Assembly (NCBI GenBank): GCA_964199315.1
Contig: OZ116699.1
Location: 12,524,001 to 12,588,000, forward strand
Reading direction: 5' to 3'
Source: Orbicella franksi
Taxonomy: Eukaryota
DNA length: 64,000 nt
In this document: in pieces, positions 1 to 12,400 of the stretch
How positions within the stretch are numbered: the stretch's first letter is position 1
How the letters are laid out: each line of letters opens with the position of its first letter
Notes under the pieces: generated by a model
What the model was told of the DNA's origin: nothing
What the model saw: only the letters and a program-made list of their open reading frames with translations
The model's database searches: none
Position numbers and translations under genes: made by a program

Positions 1-499
1 GGACGCTAGGAGATTTATACTAAAACTCAGTAGAAATACGGAGAAAATGTTTCCATTTCTTTTCGAAAACACCGTGATGAAGAAAAGAAGGAAAACAACT
101 TGTTTACTTTGATCATCAAGATATAAATTCTCTTTGCTCGTGCCATCATTACGTCAACAGCTTGTGCTAGTTCTGTGTTTCTACTGAGTTATAGAAACAC
201 AATTTTTAACCAATCAGCACACGTTTTTTCTTGGGGCTGTTTTCTAAAATGATATACTAACCAAACATGAGGGCCATAGTGGGGAATATTAGCCTGAGGT
301 CTTTGCAGTATGGATCTCGCTGCGCTTGGTCTGTACAAGACCGTGAACTGAGGGCCATTATTCTCCAGTACAGCTAGAGCAGCTAGGTCATTTAGTTAGT
401 AGTTTATTACATGGCACTTGATGCATGTTTGAGACCTTGCTGCATTGACCTCGCTATCAATCATATAGTTCATATTGACCACGCTCGGTCAATACGGCA

Positions 500-808
500 A
501 GGTCAAGGGTTGAGTGTGGAGCCTTGGAGCTGACTCCAGGCTCATAGCTGCTGGAGCTTATCCTGGTTTCTGTGGCATGAAGCGTCTAGGAGTATTTCTA
601 CTCCCCCTGGATGGGATGCTAGTCCATCGCAGGTCACTCCCCCATAATTTGTAAGGTTTCCCGACAATTCCCCAGTACCCATAGAAAGGCACTGTGAGAG
701 ATAAGTGTCTTACCCAAGAACACAACACAGTGTCCCCGGCCAGGGCTTGAACCCGGACCACTCGCTCCGGAGTCGAGTGCACTAACTATGAGGCTACTGC
801 GCTTCCAC
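500..808 (-). mobile_element. tRNA-derived SINE, family copy 1
   Basis: The minus strand starts with a tRNA-like head (GTGGAAGCGCAGTAGCCTCATAGTTAG...GGTTCAAGCCC, A/B-box-like), followed by a CORE-like central block (TTGGGTAAGACACTT...CACAGTGCC). Related copies lie at 51295-51547 and 59915-60182. Confidence 0.8.
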
Positions 809-2435
809 TTAAGGTTTGAGACTTTCCCTTAAAGACCAAATGTTTGATGTTAATAAGCTTTTTATTATAAGGCTATTTGATTTGTTTTTGCAGGCCCATA
901 ATCAGCCCATGGGCATTACGGGAGAATAATGTCCTCCAATAAGTCAATCAGAGTATGCTATATAGGCCACAAACACAAACCATATAAAAAATATTGATAA
1001 TGACATGCTTTTGAATCAGATTCTAATTATTGATTACTAGAGAGTGACTAATTCATTCACATTCTTCACTAAGAAAGCTGATCAGGAATGAAATGAAAAT
1101 AGGTTAAAAACTACTGTCTTACTGTCAGAGGTTTTTGTCTATGCTGTGTTTAAATGTCAGGCAGCCAGACAGCGATTATAAAGTACTCTGTCCATTTATG
1201 ACTATACTGTATGTGTATACCATGTTATCATAACCATGTGATTGTTTACCCTAGTCCCGATAGTGCCAAACAATGGCACAAAATGCTTAGCATAGTAAGC
1301 TTTGGATTAATATTCAATCAATTTGTATGAAATTTGGACACCAAAAAATATACAGGGTTTTCAAATTTAGCCGGCGCCCGGCGCAAGTTACCAGCTACTT
1401 CAAGCATTTGCGCCGGGTACTTTTTTTATTTCAAATGTTACTAAAGACACAATTCTGTTTTACCAGTGTAATCGTGATCTGATCTTTTTGAGGAAGTAAA
1501 TAAACGCTAACAGATGAAATAAATAAATAAATATTAAATAAATAAATAAACAGTATGGCTATTATGTACCTTTCGAACTTCAAAGCAAGAGCATTTTTTG
1601 GCGGAAAATCTGCTCGTGTACTCAGACTGTGATTTGAAATTTGCATGTATTGGTGTAGTGGCAGATTTCTTCTCACAAGTCATGCGATGTAATACGTACT
1701 GTACTCATGGAAATGTAAAAACATACTGTACCATTTTGTAAAACTTTGAAAGCAACTAATTTTACTAAGTTTACTAATTTTACTAACCCTTGTTAATAAC
1801 TGTACAGTGGCCTTCAACAAAATCAGTTATGGGTGCAAAAAAGGCATGGTAGAGGGGGCGGTGCTCCTCTCCAGCATCCTACCCCACAGGAACGCCATTA
1901 TCATGGCACAATAGTGCTCTGGCTACTTTACAATTTTCTCTTTTTACTTTTTTCAATTTGAAAATCCTGATATATCTTTGAGAGATCAACATGCAGTACA
2001 TGTATTGGAAGAATAATTATAGTCATGTCCCCTCTTACATGTTTGTCAGACTTGACTAACCATCCCCTCAAGTTTTACAACTTTTGCTTTTTACACTTTA
2101 ATTTATGGTCAATAATATCTGATAAAAACCCACATACCAAGAACTGCATTAAGCTATCATTTAGAAGGGCTCGCAAAAGGGGCTCACAAAAAGTACCATC
2201 CAGTCGTCCAGGACAAGTAGATTTTCTTGCTGGACAAGGAACTTTTCATTCTCTCTTGCTGTGTGTCTGCAACAGGGTTGCCCCAGGTCAGGAAATGATC
2301 AGGGGAGAAAAATTCTTCAAGGTCAGGGAGAAGTCAGGAAATGTTATTTTGAGTCAGCAAAAATCGACTTTTTGATGAAAACAGATTTATATTAGTCATA
2401 ATTAAGTGACCCATTAAGTTGACATCTATCTTGCC

Positions 2436-2560
2436 AGGGTTTAGAAGCATGAAGCTTTTAGGAGTATTTTCACTCCTCTGGATGAGGTGGAGGAGGTGTA
2501 GACCGTCACAGGGTCACACTCTCCTCAGCACTTAATTTGTCAGTACTCATTAAAGGAGAA
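2436..2560 (-). mobile_element. Degenerate 3' fragment of the same SINE family
   Basis: CCAGGGTTTAGAAGCATGAAGCTTTTAGGAGTATTTTCACTCCTCTGGATG resembles 562-615 (CCTGGTTTCTGTGGCATGAAGCGTCTAGGAGTATTTCTACTCCCCCTGGATG). Confidence 0.5.
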
Positions 2561-3416
2561 GGTCACTCCAAAAAGCTTACTTTTTTGTCTTCGCCCATAG
2601 CAAGAAAACATTCTCCCAATTTCAGCTTTTCCACTCGCAAAGTTTCAGCCTCTGAAGTGCCCATTATCCAGAGGAACTTCGTCTTCAAAGAAGCAAGGCA
2701 GTCATTTTGAAACTGTCTTTGCAGTCAGGCTGTGTTTACGTGACATCATTCTGTCCGACTCTAAATTGGCGGTAAGGAGAAAAGCCTGCAATCGACTTTG
2801 CATCCTTCACAAGGTCAGGAAAATGTATTTTTTCCAAACGATCATCCACTTTACTATCTTCAGTGCTATCACTTTGGTGGAGTTTGGAGCATGTTTGGCT
2901 CAAAATAATATGGCTCAGGAGCAGCCATAACCCAGAGTGGTAGTTAAAAGGCTAGTCGGAAACCATTTGGACAAAATCTCATGGACGGAATGATGTCATG
3001 AAAACACGGCCTGGATGCTGAGTACTGTTCAAAATGGCAGCATTGATGTTGATGCTTCCTTGGAGACGAATTTCATAAGGAAAATCTGCACTTTAGAGGC
3101 TGAACCTTTGGTGAGTGGCTAAACTTAGTTCAAGGTTTTTATTGGCATTGACAAAAAATATACGTTTTTTGGAGAGACCTCCATTTATACAGTGGGTGGA
3201 CAGAGAGATTGTGGCCTGAGTAAAGCATAATGACCATGGCTGAAGGGCCAAACCTGGACTGCATGATCTGATGCACTCTCTATTAGGCTGATGCAAATAC
3301 CTTTGTTTGGTGTTTGGCCAGGCCTGATAAGCAACATTGCAATTATTGATTTCTTTTATATGGTAATATTAAGGATATCAAGGACATGTAAATTGTTTTA
3401 ACTTTGAACTTTGCAG

Positions 3417-6400
3417 ATTTGATGTTTACAGAAAAGTCCCAAAGGATTTAACTGAACCCACCCTGACAGGAGCAGTGAGTGAGTTCATTAATGATAGATA
3501 AACTGATTGTTACAAAACTTTGTTGTAAGTTACAGTATCATAATTTTTGCTTTTTTACATAGTCCATCATTGGTTTTTGTTAGTTGCGGACTGTTGTACA
3601 TTGTACTCCGATTTTGCAAGCCTCCGAATACATGTGCAGTAGAATTGAACGTGGACACGAATATAGATTTGCTTAAAGTCTTATTTTAATCACCATGTGC
3701 TTGGCCCGACAAGAGATAACATGATGCATGGGGCGCGCATGCCCGTATATGATGTGTCACGCTGGACATACCGTGACATCCCCCTCTTTTTGAAAAAGAG
3801 GTCCTAGTTACATGCAGATAAATCGATAAAAGGGGACATGATAATCAATGCTAATCAAATTAATCAAACGTCTATCAAACGACAACAGGAACTAAGAACA
3901 GTTTCATGGGTGTAAATAGGAACCCAATGTCAATAAAAAAGTTTTTTGTTTGCCCCTATTTAATCTTTGAACTTGGTTGGGACGTGGGTGATGCGTCCAG
4001 TCCTTGTAACTTGGCTCTTTGGGTGATAACAGGTTCCTTCACTGGTTACAACAGCACCTGCTGGCTCGAGATCAATTTGCCTCTTGCTGCACGGTAGTTG
4101 GAGAGACAGTGACTGATCTGGTGTCGGTGTACTGTCTTGAGGACTGGCTTCTGACAACGGAGGTGGTCTGGTCGCCTTGTCATTGGGTATGTGTGCGTCT
4201 TTGGAGTCGTCTACTGGAGTCACTGTACCGATAGGTGGAGTGTTACTGCCAGCTGAGGGGGGTATTTCACTCTGGCTCCTTGGTCTCAGGTGCTCCCTTG
4301 TTCTCTGGTAGATCTTCCCTTGAATGTCCACTGTGTAGGTTCGGGGGTGCTCCATTGGCTGTGGCCTATTTAGCACAGTTCCTGACTGCCAGGTATTCTT
4401 CAAGGTGTTCCAGACAAACACTGGTTCTCGGTTGTTAAGGGCCTTCTTGTTGCTACCAGCCTTCCTGTCATAGAATACTGCTTGCCTCTCTTGGCATTTC
4501 TGGTTAGCTTCATGGTGGAGGTGTTTGGACTTCAGTGCGCTTCTGCTGCTTGGGAGTGTCGTTTGGGGTTTACGTCCAAACAGCAACTTGTGGGGTGATG
4601 GCATCTGGTCACTAAGGGGAGTTGTGCGATACATCCATAAGGCTGTGTAAGGGCATTCCTTCTCCTCTAGTGCTTTTCTTAACAGTGACTTGCAGGTTCC
4701 AATTGCCCTCTCTGCCAGGCTGTTGGCTTGGTGGTGGTATGGGGAACTACAGTGTAGTGTGATGCCACTTTGTTCGCATTTGGTTTTGAATCTTTCGCTG
4801 ATGAACTGAGATCCGAAGTCGGCAATGATAGTGGCTGGTAGGTCATATTCTGCAAGGATGCTTGTGAAGTGGTTGCACACGGTGTGGCTGGCCATGTCGT
4901 TGAGGAGTCTTATCACAGGGAATCTTGAGTAGTAATCAACGACCATAAGGTACTTCTCCTTGTTAAATTCAAAGATGTCTGTGCCGAGCTTCTCCCATGG
5001 TTGGGTAGGAAGGTCTGGCTGCAAAATGGGTAGTCTGGGCTGAGCTGGCTTGTGTTTGTCACACAGGTTGCAGTCCTTTACCATCTGCCTGATGTCAGCG
5101 GAGATACCAGGCCAGAACACTGATTCTCTAGCTTGGAGGATGCATTTGTTCTCTCCTTGATGTCCCAGGTGGATCGCTTGGAGAACTTGGTTTCTCATGG
5201 AGGCTGGTACGACGATCCTGCTACCTTTTAATACTAGACCGTCCTCTAAAGTGAGGTCGCATCGGAAGTTCCAAAACTCCCATAGTTCTTGCGGGCATTG
5301 TTTTCTGTAGGGAGGCCAGCCATTGTAGATGGTGTTCTTCAGTAGGTTCATGGTAGGATCTTGTACTGTAGAGGACTTTACTGCTGTTAGGTCGATGGGG
5401 GTGGATATGAAGTGGATGTTACGCTGTGATGCGGTGTCCTTAGTCGTAGTCTCAGTGCCATGTGTTGCTCTCGTGACAGGGCATCGGCAACTGGGATGGA
5501 TCTCCCTGGCTTGTACTGGACATTGATATCAAATCGCAGGCATCTAAGAAGTAGCCTCTGCAGCCGGCCTGGAGCCTCATTGATGTTTTTCTTGAAAATT
5601 TGTTCCAAGGGGGAGTGATCGGTTTCAACTGTCACGTTTCGACCGAGCAGGTAGTACTCGAACTTCTCCAGGCCATATGCGACTGCCAGACACTCGCGCT
5701 CGATATTAAAATATCTGGACTCTGCGTCTGTGAGTGACCGGGACGCCATGGCAACAATGTGTTCATTTCCTTGAGAGTGTGACTGTCTTAGCCAGGCCCC
5801 AATGCCTGTTTTGCTTGCGTCACACTGAAGGATCGTGGGTGTACTCGGATCTGGGTCGTAATAGGAAATGAGTTTGGACGTGCAGAGTTCTTGCTTAATC
5901 CTATCGAGTGTCTTCTGGTGGTGGGGCTCCCAGCTAAAATGGACGTTCTTCTTGGTTAGCTCTCTTAGTGGCGATGTTAGGTCCGCTAGCTTTGTCGAGA
6001 AGCGGTTCAGGTAAGTTACCATGCCCAGGATAGTCTGAAGCTCCCCCATGTTTGATGGGCTCTTCATGTTGTGAATTGCTTCAAGTTTCTCCTTCGCTGG
6101 TTGGATTCCATTCTCTGTCAGAACGTGCCCGTAGAAGTCGACTTGTGCCTGCTTGAACTGCAGCTTTTTGGAGTTTAGGTTGACATTGTGCTTGCGAGTG
6201 GCCTTGAGCATTTCACAGAAGGCTTGGTCGTGCTCTGATTGGGTTGAGCCGCATACCACAATGTCATCAGCAATCCCCATTACATTGGGGGTGCCCCTGT
6301 AAACCTCATCGAGTTTGCGTTGAAAGATGTCTTGGCCCTTGTCTCTGATGTCCTGGCCCTGGTACTCTGGGCTACTCACGATCTGGTGAACCTTTTGAAA

Positions 6401-9400
6401 GCGTTTTAGCATGCACACTCTCGCGTAATGGCCAGTCTTGCCACAGTGCTTGCATTTTGCATTCTTGGCAGGGCAATTCGCTGATTTATCATGGGTGTTT
6501 CCACATCTGAAGCAGCCTTTCGACTTGAATTGAAGTCGGTGAGGTTTTCTTCCGCTATGATCTCTTTGGTTTTGGTCGCCGTAGGAAGTTTGGTGTGTGA
6601 AGCTTTGTCCCGGTGGGTGTTTTTTAGTCGAATATGCAGATTCTCTTTGAACTGTGTGAAGATCAGATTTCTCGTCACCTTTGGAAATTATCTTCATTTG
6701 TGCTTTAGTACTTTCCTCGACTTTCGCCAGGTCGTAGACTTGCTTGAAGGTTAGCCCGTTACCAAGTGCTATCGCGTCTTTGCGTACTTTATCGGACGCT
6801 ACGCCAAATACCAGCGTATCTCTGAGGGTATTTTCTTTAGCGGCGGGATCGTATCCACCATCTTCTATTAATAGTCGCGCTTTGGTTATGAATTCCTCAA
6901 GTGGTCTATCTGCCTGCTTTAGGCATCGAAGTTGGTATCTAGCGAGGATTTCATTACTTTGGGGCTTTGTATAAGCCTCTAGTGCCGCCATAACTGGGCT
7001 GATCTTGAGGTCGTCGCCTTCGCTGGCCCATGTGGTCGTGTTGTAGATTTCGAGGCCTTTGTCGCCAATCCATAAAAGCAGCAGTCTCACCTTTTTCGCC
7101 TCTTCGACTTTACCGAGTGGCCCCGCGAAGATAAGTTCGCATTTCTGTTGGAAGAGTTTGAAACGCTTGTGAATGTCTCCTGGAGTGGTCCAGTCCATAG
7201 CTGGTGGTTTAAATCGATCGGCCATGTTGTTTTTGAATGCTCGAAGTAATTGATGTGCTCTACAACTTGCGCTTGAATGAATTTATGTTCGAATGCTTGA
7301 AATGCTTCACCTGGAGGATCCAGTATCTTCTCAGGATCCCACTCCTGACACCATGCAGTAGAATTGAACGTGGACACGAATATAGATTTGCTTAAAGTCT
7401 TATTTTAATCGCCATGTGCTTGGCCTGACAAGAGATAACATGATGCATGGGGCGCGCATGCCCGTATATGATGTGTCACGCTGGACATACCGTGACAACA
7501 TGCACCTCGTCTGAATCCACCGACAACCTAACCGAGTATTTATTTATTAAACCTGTATTATAATAGTAAGTAGTAACTATAGGAAATACACTACATCAGA
7601 AAGAATAGTTTTGCTTTGGAGTTTTCTACTTTCCTAGACAAAAATGAGTTTCATTTACAATTAAATGATAATCTGTTCCACTTACCTTTAAGGAGCTTAT
7701 CGCAAGAGTTGTGATAAGCATCCCTGCTCTAGCTACTGTACTGTTATCCTGTAATTTATCAAATTTTACATAATATGTGGAATATATTAGATTGGTTCTT
7801 ACTTATGATCAAATTTTAAGGAGAGATGCATCGATGATGTTATTAACATTTTTGTTTCTTTACAATATGAAACAGAAAGATTCTTTGTAGCCATGTGTCT
7901 GGTCAGTAATTAATTGGTTAGAGAAGATGTCAAAATGTGGTACAGTCTAAAAAACATCAGTGATACACATGGCTATCATCTTGTTTGCCACTTTTTTGTT
8001 CTTACCACATTGTGATGTCATCTATGATCAATTACTGGACTGATGCACTGCAGCATGGAATGTATTTGTTAAACTGACCTGATATTCTACAATACAGTAC
8101 TAGTTCTAATTTAGAATTCTACAGTGACCCTCCAAAAGTAGTCATGCTCTGAAAGCAGTGATCTTAATGCAACTAGAAAAAAGGAAATGGTAGAGAAGAA
8201 TGAAACTGAACTGAACTGTTATTCGAGAGGGAATTTATAAGGTGCTACTTTGCTCTGGTGCTTTTTTCTCTCTATAATAAGACACCTGATGTGCTGTGTA
8301 TTACAATTGCACAATTTGATATAAATTATTTATTACAGATAGGCACATGGATACCCCTGAGATAATATAAAACTTTGTCTACAAACTTATGAAGTGGCAG
8401 TGTCACTGAGCATTATTTTACAGATGTGCTTTTTCCTCAACAGTTTCCATATGCAGTTGCCTTTTTATAGTATTTCTGTTGCTATCAGAGTTTTACAGCT
8501 TTATAAACACCGAAATGTAAGTAAAGAAGAGTCATCTTTGGGGATAATTAATATGGTAAAATGATCATGGTTTGCAATACACATATCTTACTAGATGTTT
8601 TGGTGTGTAGTATCACTGTATATTTTTACAAGTTGTGCCGTATTTTGATGAGCCCGTAGGGTGAGTCAAAATACAAACAACAAGTAAAAATATAGAGCAA
8701 TACTACACATTGGGATTTATTATCCAACTGCTGTAGTCAATAAATTTATCAATGAAAGAGGGAGAGTGTGACAGCTTTGCATGCGCTCACTGACCTGTAC
8801 GGCAAACAGGTTTTCTACTGTACAAATAACTGTACAATATCGCTGTGTATTTGTACTGTTATTTGGATGGTATTCGCAGCAGTTGGATAATAAAATCGAG
8901 TATACAATGGCTTTAATGTTTCCTGTTTTCTGATCTGCTGTGTTTTCTATGGCATGGTATAAATGTAATTTGTTAAAAACTGGATCAATGTGTAATACTA
9001 GCCATGGGAGTGGTTTACACTCTAGGGCCAGCTGGTCACAGTGCCTCTAGACATCCCAGGCACCCATGGCCATCTTGCATACACCTGTACAGCTTGGTGC
9101 AGTTGTTAACATACAATAACACGAGGTTTAAGTTAGAATTTCTATTACGTTTGAAGCCAAGTACAATAACATGAATGAAACCTGATTAAACATAACCAGT
9201 TTGTTTAAGCAAACCTTACCAGTTTTACATCTGAAGGCCTCTCTTTACTAAGCAAAGCAAGCCAATTTTTTTCTAATTAGTACATGTTTTTGTTATTCAT
9301 TTTATATTATTAACAGCAGGGTTGTCACATAGTTTTGAAGAAGTTAAGGTGGCTTTATTTTTAGAGTAGGCAGTTGATTTTGCCATCTCTTTCTAAACAA

Positions 9401-12400
9401 TCGAATGAATAGCCTGGTGGAGTGCATGTAGCCAGCTCAGGGTGACTTTGCTGGGAGCTGGCCAGTATACTTTTGACAACCCTGCTGACAGTGACACAAT
9501 AAATATTGTTACTGCCGGTAATTTTATTGAAAATAGGTGATTAAATAAATTTTGTGGTGTGTTTGGCTACACTTACCTGTTTCCTTGTTGTCATGTAGTG
9601 TTAGTGAGTTGTTTGTGGATAACCCGACAGAAAATGACAGGCTAGATGTCAAACTGAATATAACCTTACCAAGAATGAAGTGTGAACGTGAGTATTGAAG
9701 AAAGTGTCTATGAAATCATTCCTCTCACTATCTCGCTGTTGCATTATTTCCTTTTGTTAAGAATGATCCATGGCACCCTTTCAAGTTAGATTTGATGAAA
9801 GTTGAAATTGAGCAACTGAAATATCGTAGCAAAGTTATTAGCGAGGAAAGCTTAATCGAGATTATTTCCAGTAGTTTATATTTGTGAACACTGTGTTGGT
9901 GAGGGAATTTGTCACTTGGGTCTCAGCTACATGTAAATGTTGCTCTGAAAACTTGCTCTGGGGTTTTTTAAGTTTTATCATCTGTGGTACTTTTAAAGAG
10001 CATTGAAGAAGTTAATACATTGTAAATGCAAGTTACCTCCAGTAGGCACATCTTACTAGCAAAATTTTAAAGTCAACAAACTCTGCTCTTTTCTGAAAAT
10101 GATTCATCTGCTTTTTCTTCTGTAGATCTTGGCCTGGATATTCAGGATGAAATGGGAAGGTAAGTAAGGCTGCTGTCAACAATGTAAAATTTATCTTTTA
10201 GGAACTGGAATCTACATGCTTTGCTCTGATCATGTCTTAAGGGTATACAAAATACATGTCCTAGACCATAATATTATGTTAGAAAAACCTGGTATCAGAA
10301 AGTATAAGGACCTTTGGAACTTAGTATCACAGAGACAATGAATTTTTACTGATTTTGAGGTCAGGAAAGGAATTGGATGTTAATGATTTACATAGTGACT
10401 GTATTTCTGGCAACATTTATGTAGTTTGTGTCTTGCTGCTGACAGTATGTCATGGCTCACCCTGTCGCTTTATTGTGAGCTGTTTTTGCTCAATCAAGGT
10501 TTGCTCTGGTGTAATTATTTATTCATGTTAACATGCCAAGTTAATCATAGAATGTATTATTTTTGTTTTGACAGGCATGAGGTTGGGTTTCAGGAGAATA
10601 CCCACAAAGAGGACATAAATCATGGAGGTAATGTTATATACTTGAAAAGAAAAGTAAAAAAAGTTATACTTCAAGGTATACTTCAGTTGTGTGTTTTTAT
10701 ACCACTCATATTGTTAAAACAAAACTCTTGAAGCTCAACAACAGACAGATTATTTGAGTTTGTTAATTACTAGTTTATTCAGATGGCAAAACAGTCAAAT
10801 TTAATTCAAACTCTGGCCTGGGTAACCAATCAGTCTTGATGAAAATACTGAATCCAACAGTCATGCTGCTGTATTAGATCAACTAATAATTCACAGGGGC
10901 ATGAATTTCCTTGAGTGACTCCAACACCTTGTCAGAAAATACTACTGGTATGTAGTGTGTGAAATCCACAACCCACTAGTAGATTCGATACCCACTGCTC
11001 TGTTGGTGATATCCAGCAGTGTCATTACTATCTTATGTTTGACGGAGTACTGGAGTACTGCTAGCTGACATATCTGTTGTTTTTCAAGCTATTATCATGA
11101 TCAACATTACTTTACTCATGCTCTTATTATGACGCTTGTCTTGCTGTTGCAGAAGGATGTCTGTTCTCTTGTAAGTTCAACATTAACAAGGTATGTAGGT
11201 TGACTACAGCATTGATCACAGAGGTATATGTAAGTTACTTGGCTCAAATAAGACATCCGTGTTTTGTACATGTAATCGAGTGAGCAATTGGTGACTGACA
11301 CAAAATGTCTTTTGGGACTGTGCAGTTATTTACCCTTCTCATGGTTAACTTTTCTCATTTTGCATTAAAATGTAATCCAACAATGTGGTTTTTGTAGTTT
11401 TTGCTCAAAATTGGATTACATTATAACGCAAATGTGAAAAGCTACCATGAAAAGGCTATTGTACTATGTTCATGGGCTTCATTAACTCAGTATTTTCGGT
11501 ATGACAGTGTGTTGAATTTAACTTCCTGTCTCTCGTTAGGTTCCTGGTAATTTCCACGTGTCCACCCATGGAGCAGGTGCTCAGGTGTGTTACTGTAGAA
11601 CATTTTTATATGCTTCTCTATCTCATCGTCACATCTGAACTAACTGATTAAATTTTAGTCCTGTTTGTTTTACAGCCAGACAACCCAGACATGGCCCATG
11701 TTATAAACTCTCTTAATTTTGGAACAGAAATCAAGGTAAATATTGCTGAAAGTAAGATTTCATGCCTTGTTCTGTGAATTTCCATTGAAAACTGACACTT
11801 CTATAACAACTAACTTTCATTGAAATTGTGTTTTCATTGATATTAACATGTGTTTCTACTTACATAGGATAAACTACCGGGTGCTTTTGTGGCACTTAAA
11901 GAACGAGATAAAGAGACTGCCAACAGTAAGTAAAAGCGAGCTTGATGACATTTAAGGTTATTGAGCAAGAGACCATTACATGTTTGTTTAAAAAACAATG
12001 AACGTTATGCTACTAAAAGATCCCAACTACTCGCTCTCGATTTGTTTGAGCAACTTTTCAACTTGGCTACATCTCACTGACTTGGCTCTTTGCTTGAATA
12101 TGTCAGTGGAAGTACAGTTGAATCCTGATTTCTCGAACCGTCGATTTTTGGAACCTCCTAACAACTTGAATCAAAAGTCTTTTCCCTCGCCTCCGTCGAA
12201 AAATCGGGATTACACTGTATTTTGATGTATAAGTTGATCAGTGTAAGTGTTTGTGCTTGTCTTGTTTTTTCTTCAACTTGATGTCTTGTAATGTTCTCTT
12301 TTTAGGTTTGTCGTCGCATGATTATGTATTGAAAATTGTACCCACTATTTATGAGAAGCTGGATGGCAGCACAACCTTCACCTATCAGTACACATGGGCT

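Larger units (their letters stand above)
3635..7497 (-). mobile_element. Ty3/Gypsy (Mag-like) LTR retrotransposon, internally deleted and non-autonomous, inside an ERGIC1 intron
   Basis: Two 144-bp LTRs (3635-3778, 7354-7497) with TG...CA ends and 2 mismatches. 5-bp TSD ACATG at 3630-3634 and 7498-7502. PBS at 7336-7353, PPT at 3779-3791. Gag, partial RT, RNase H and integrase coding sequence lie between the LTRs. Confidence 0.97.

Noticed and set aside
4019-6974. Plus-strand ORFs within the retroelement
   Set aside because: They are antisense shadows of gag-pol with no independent motifs.
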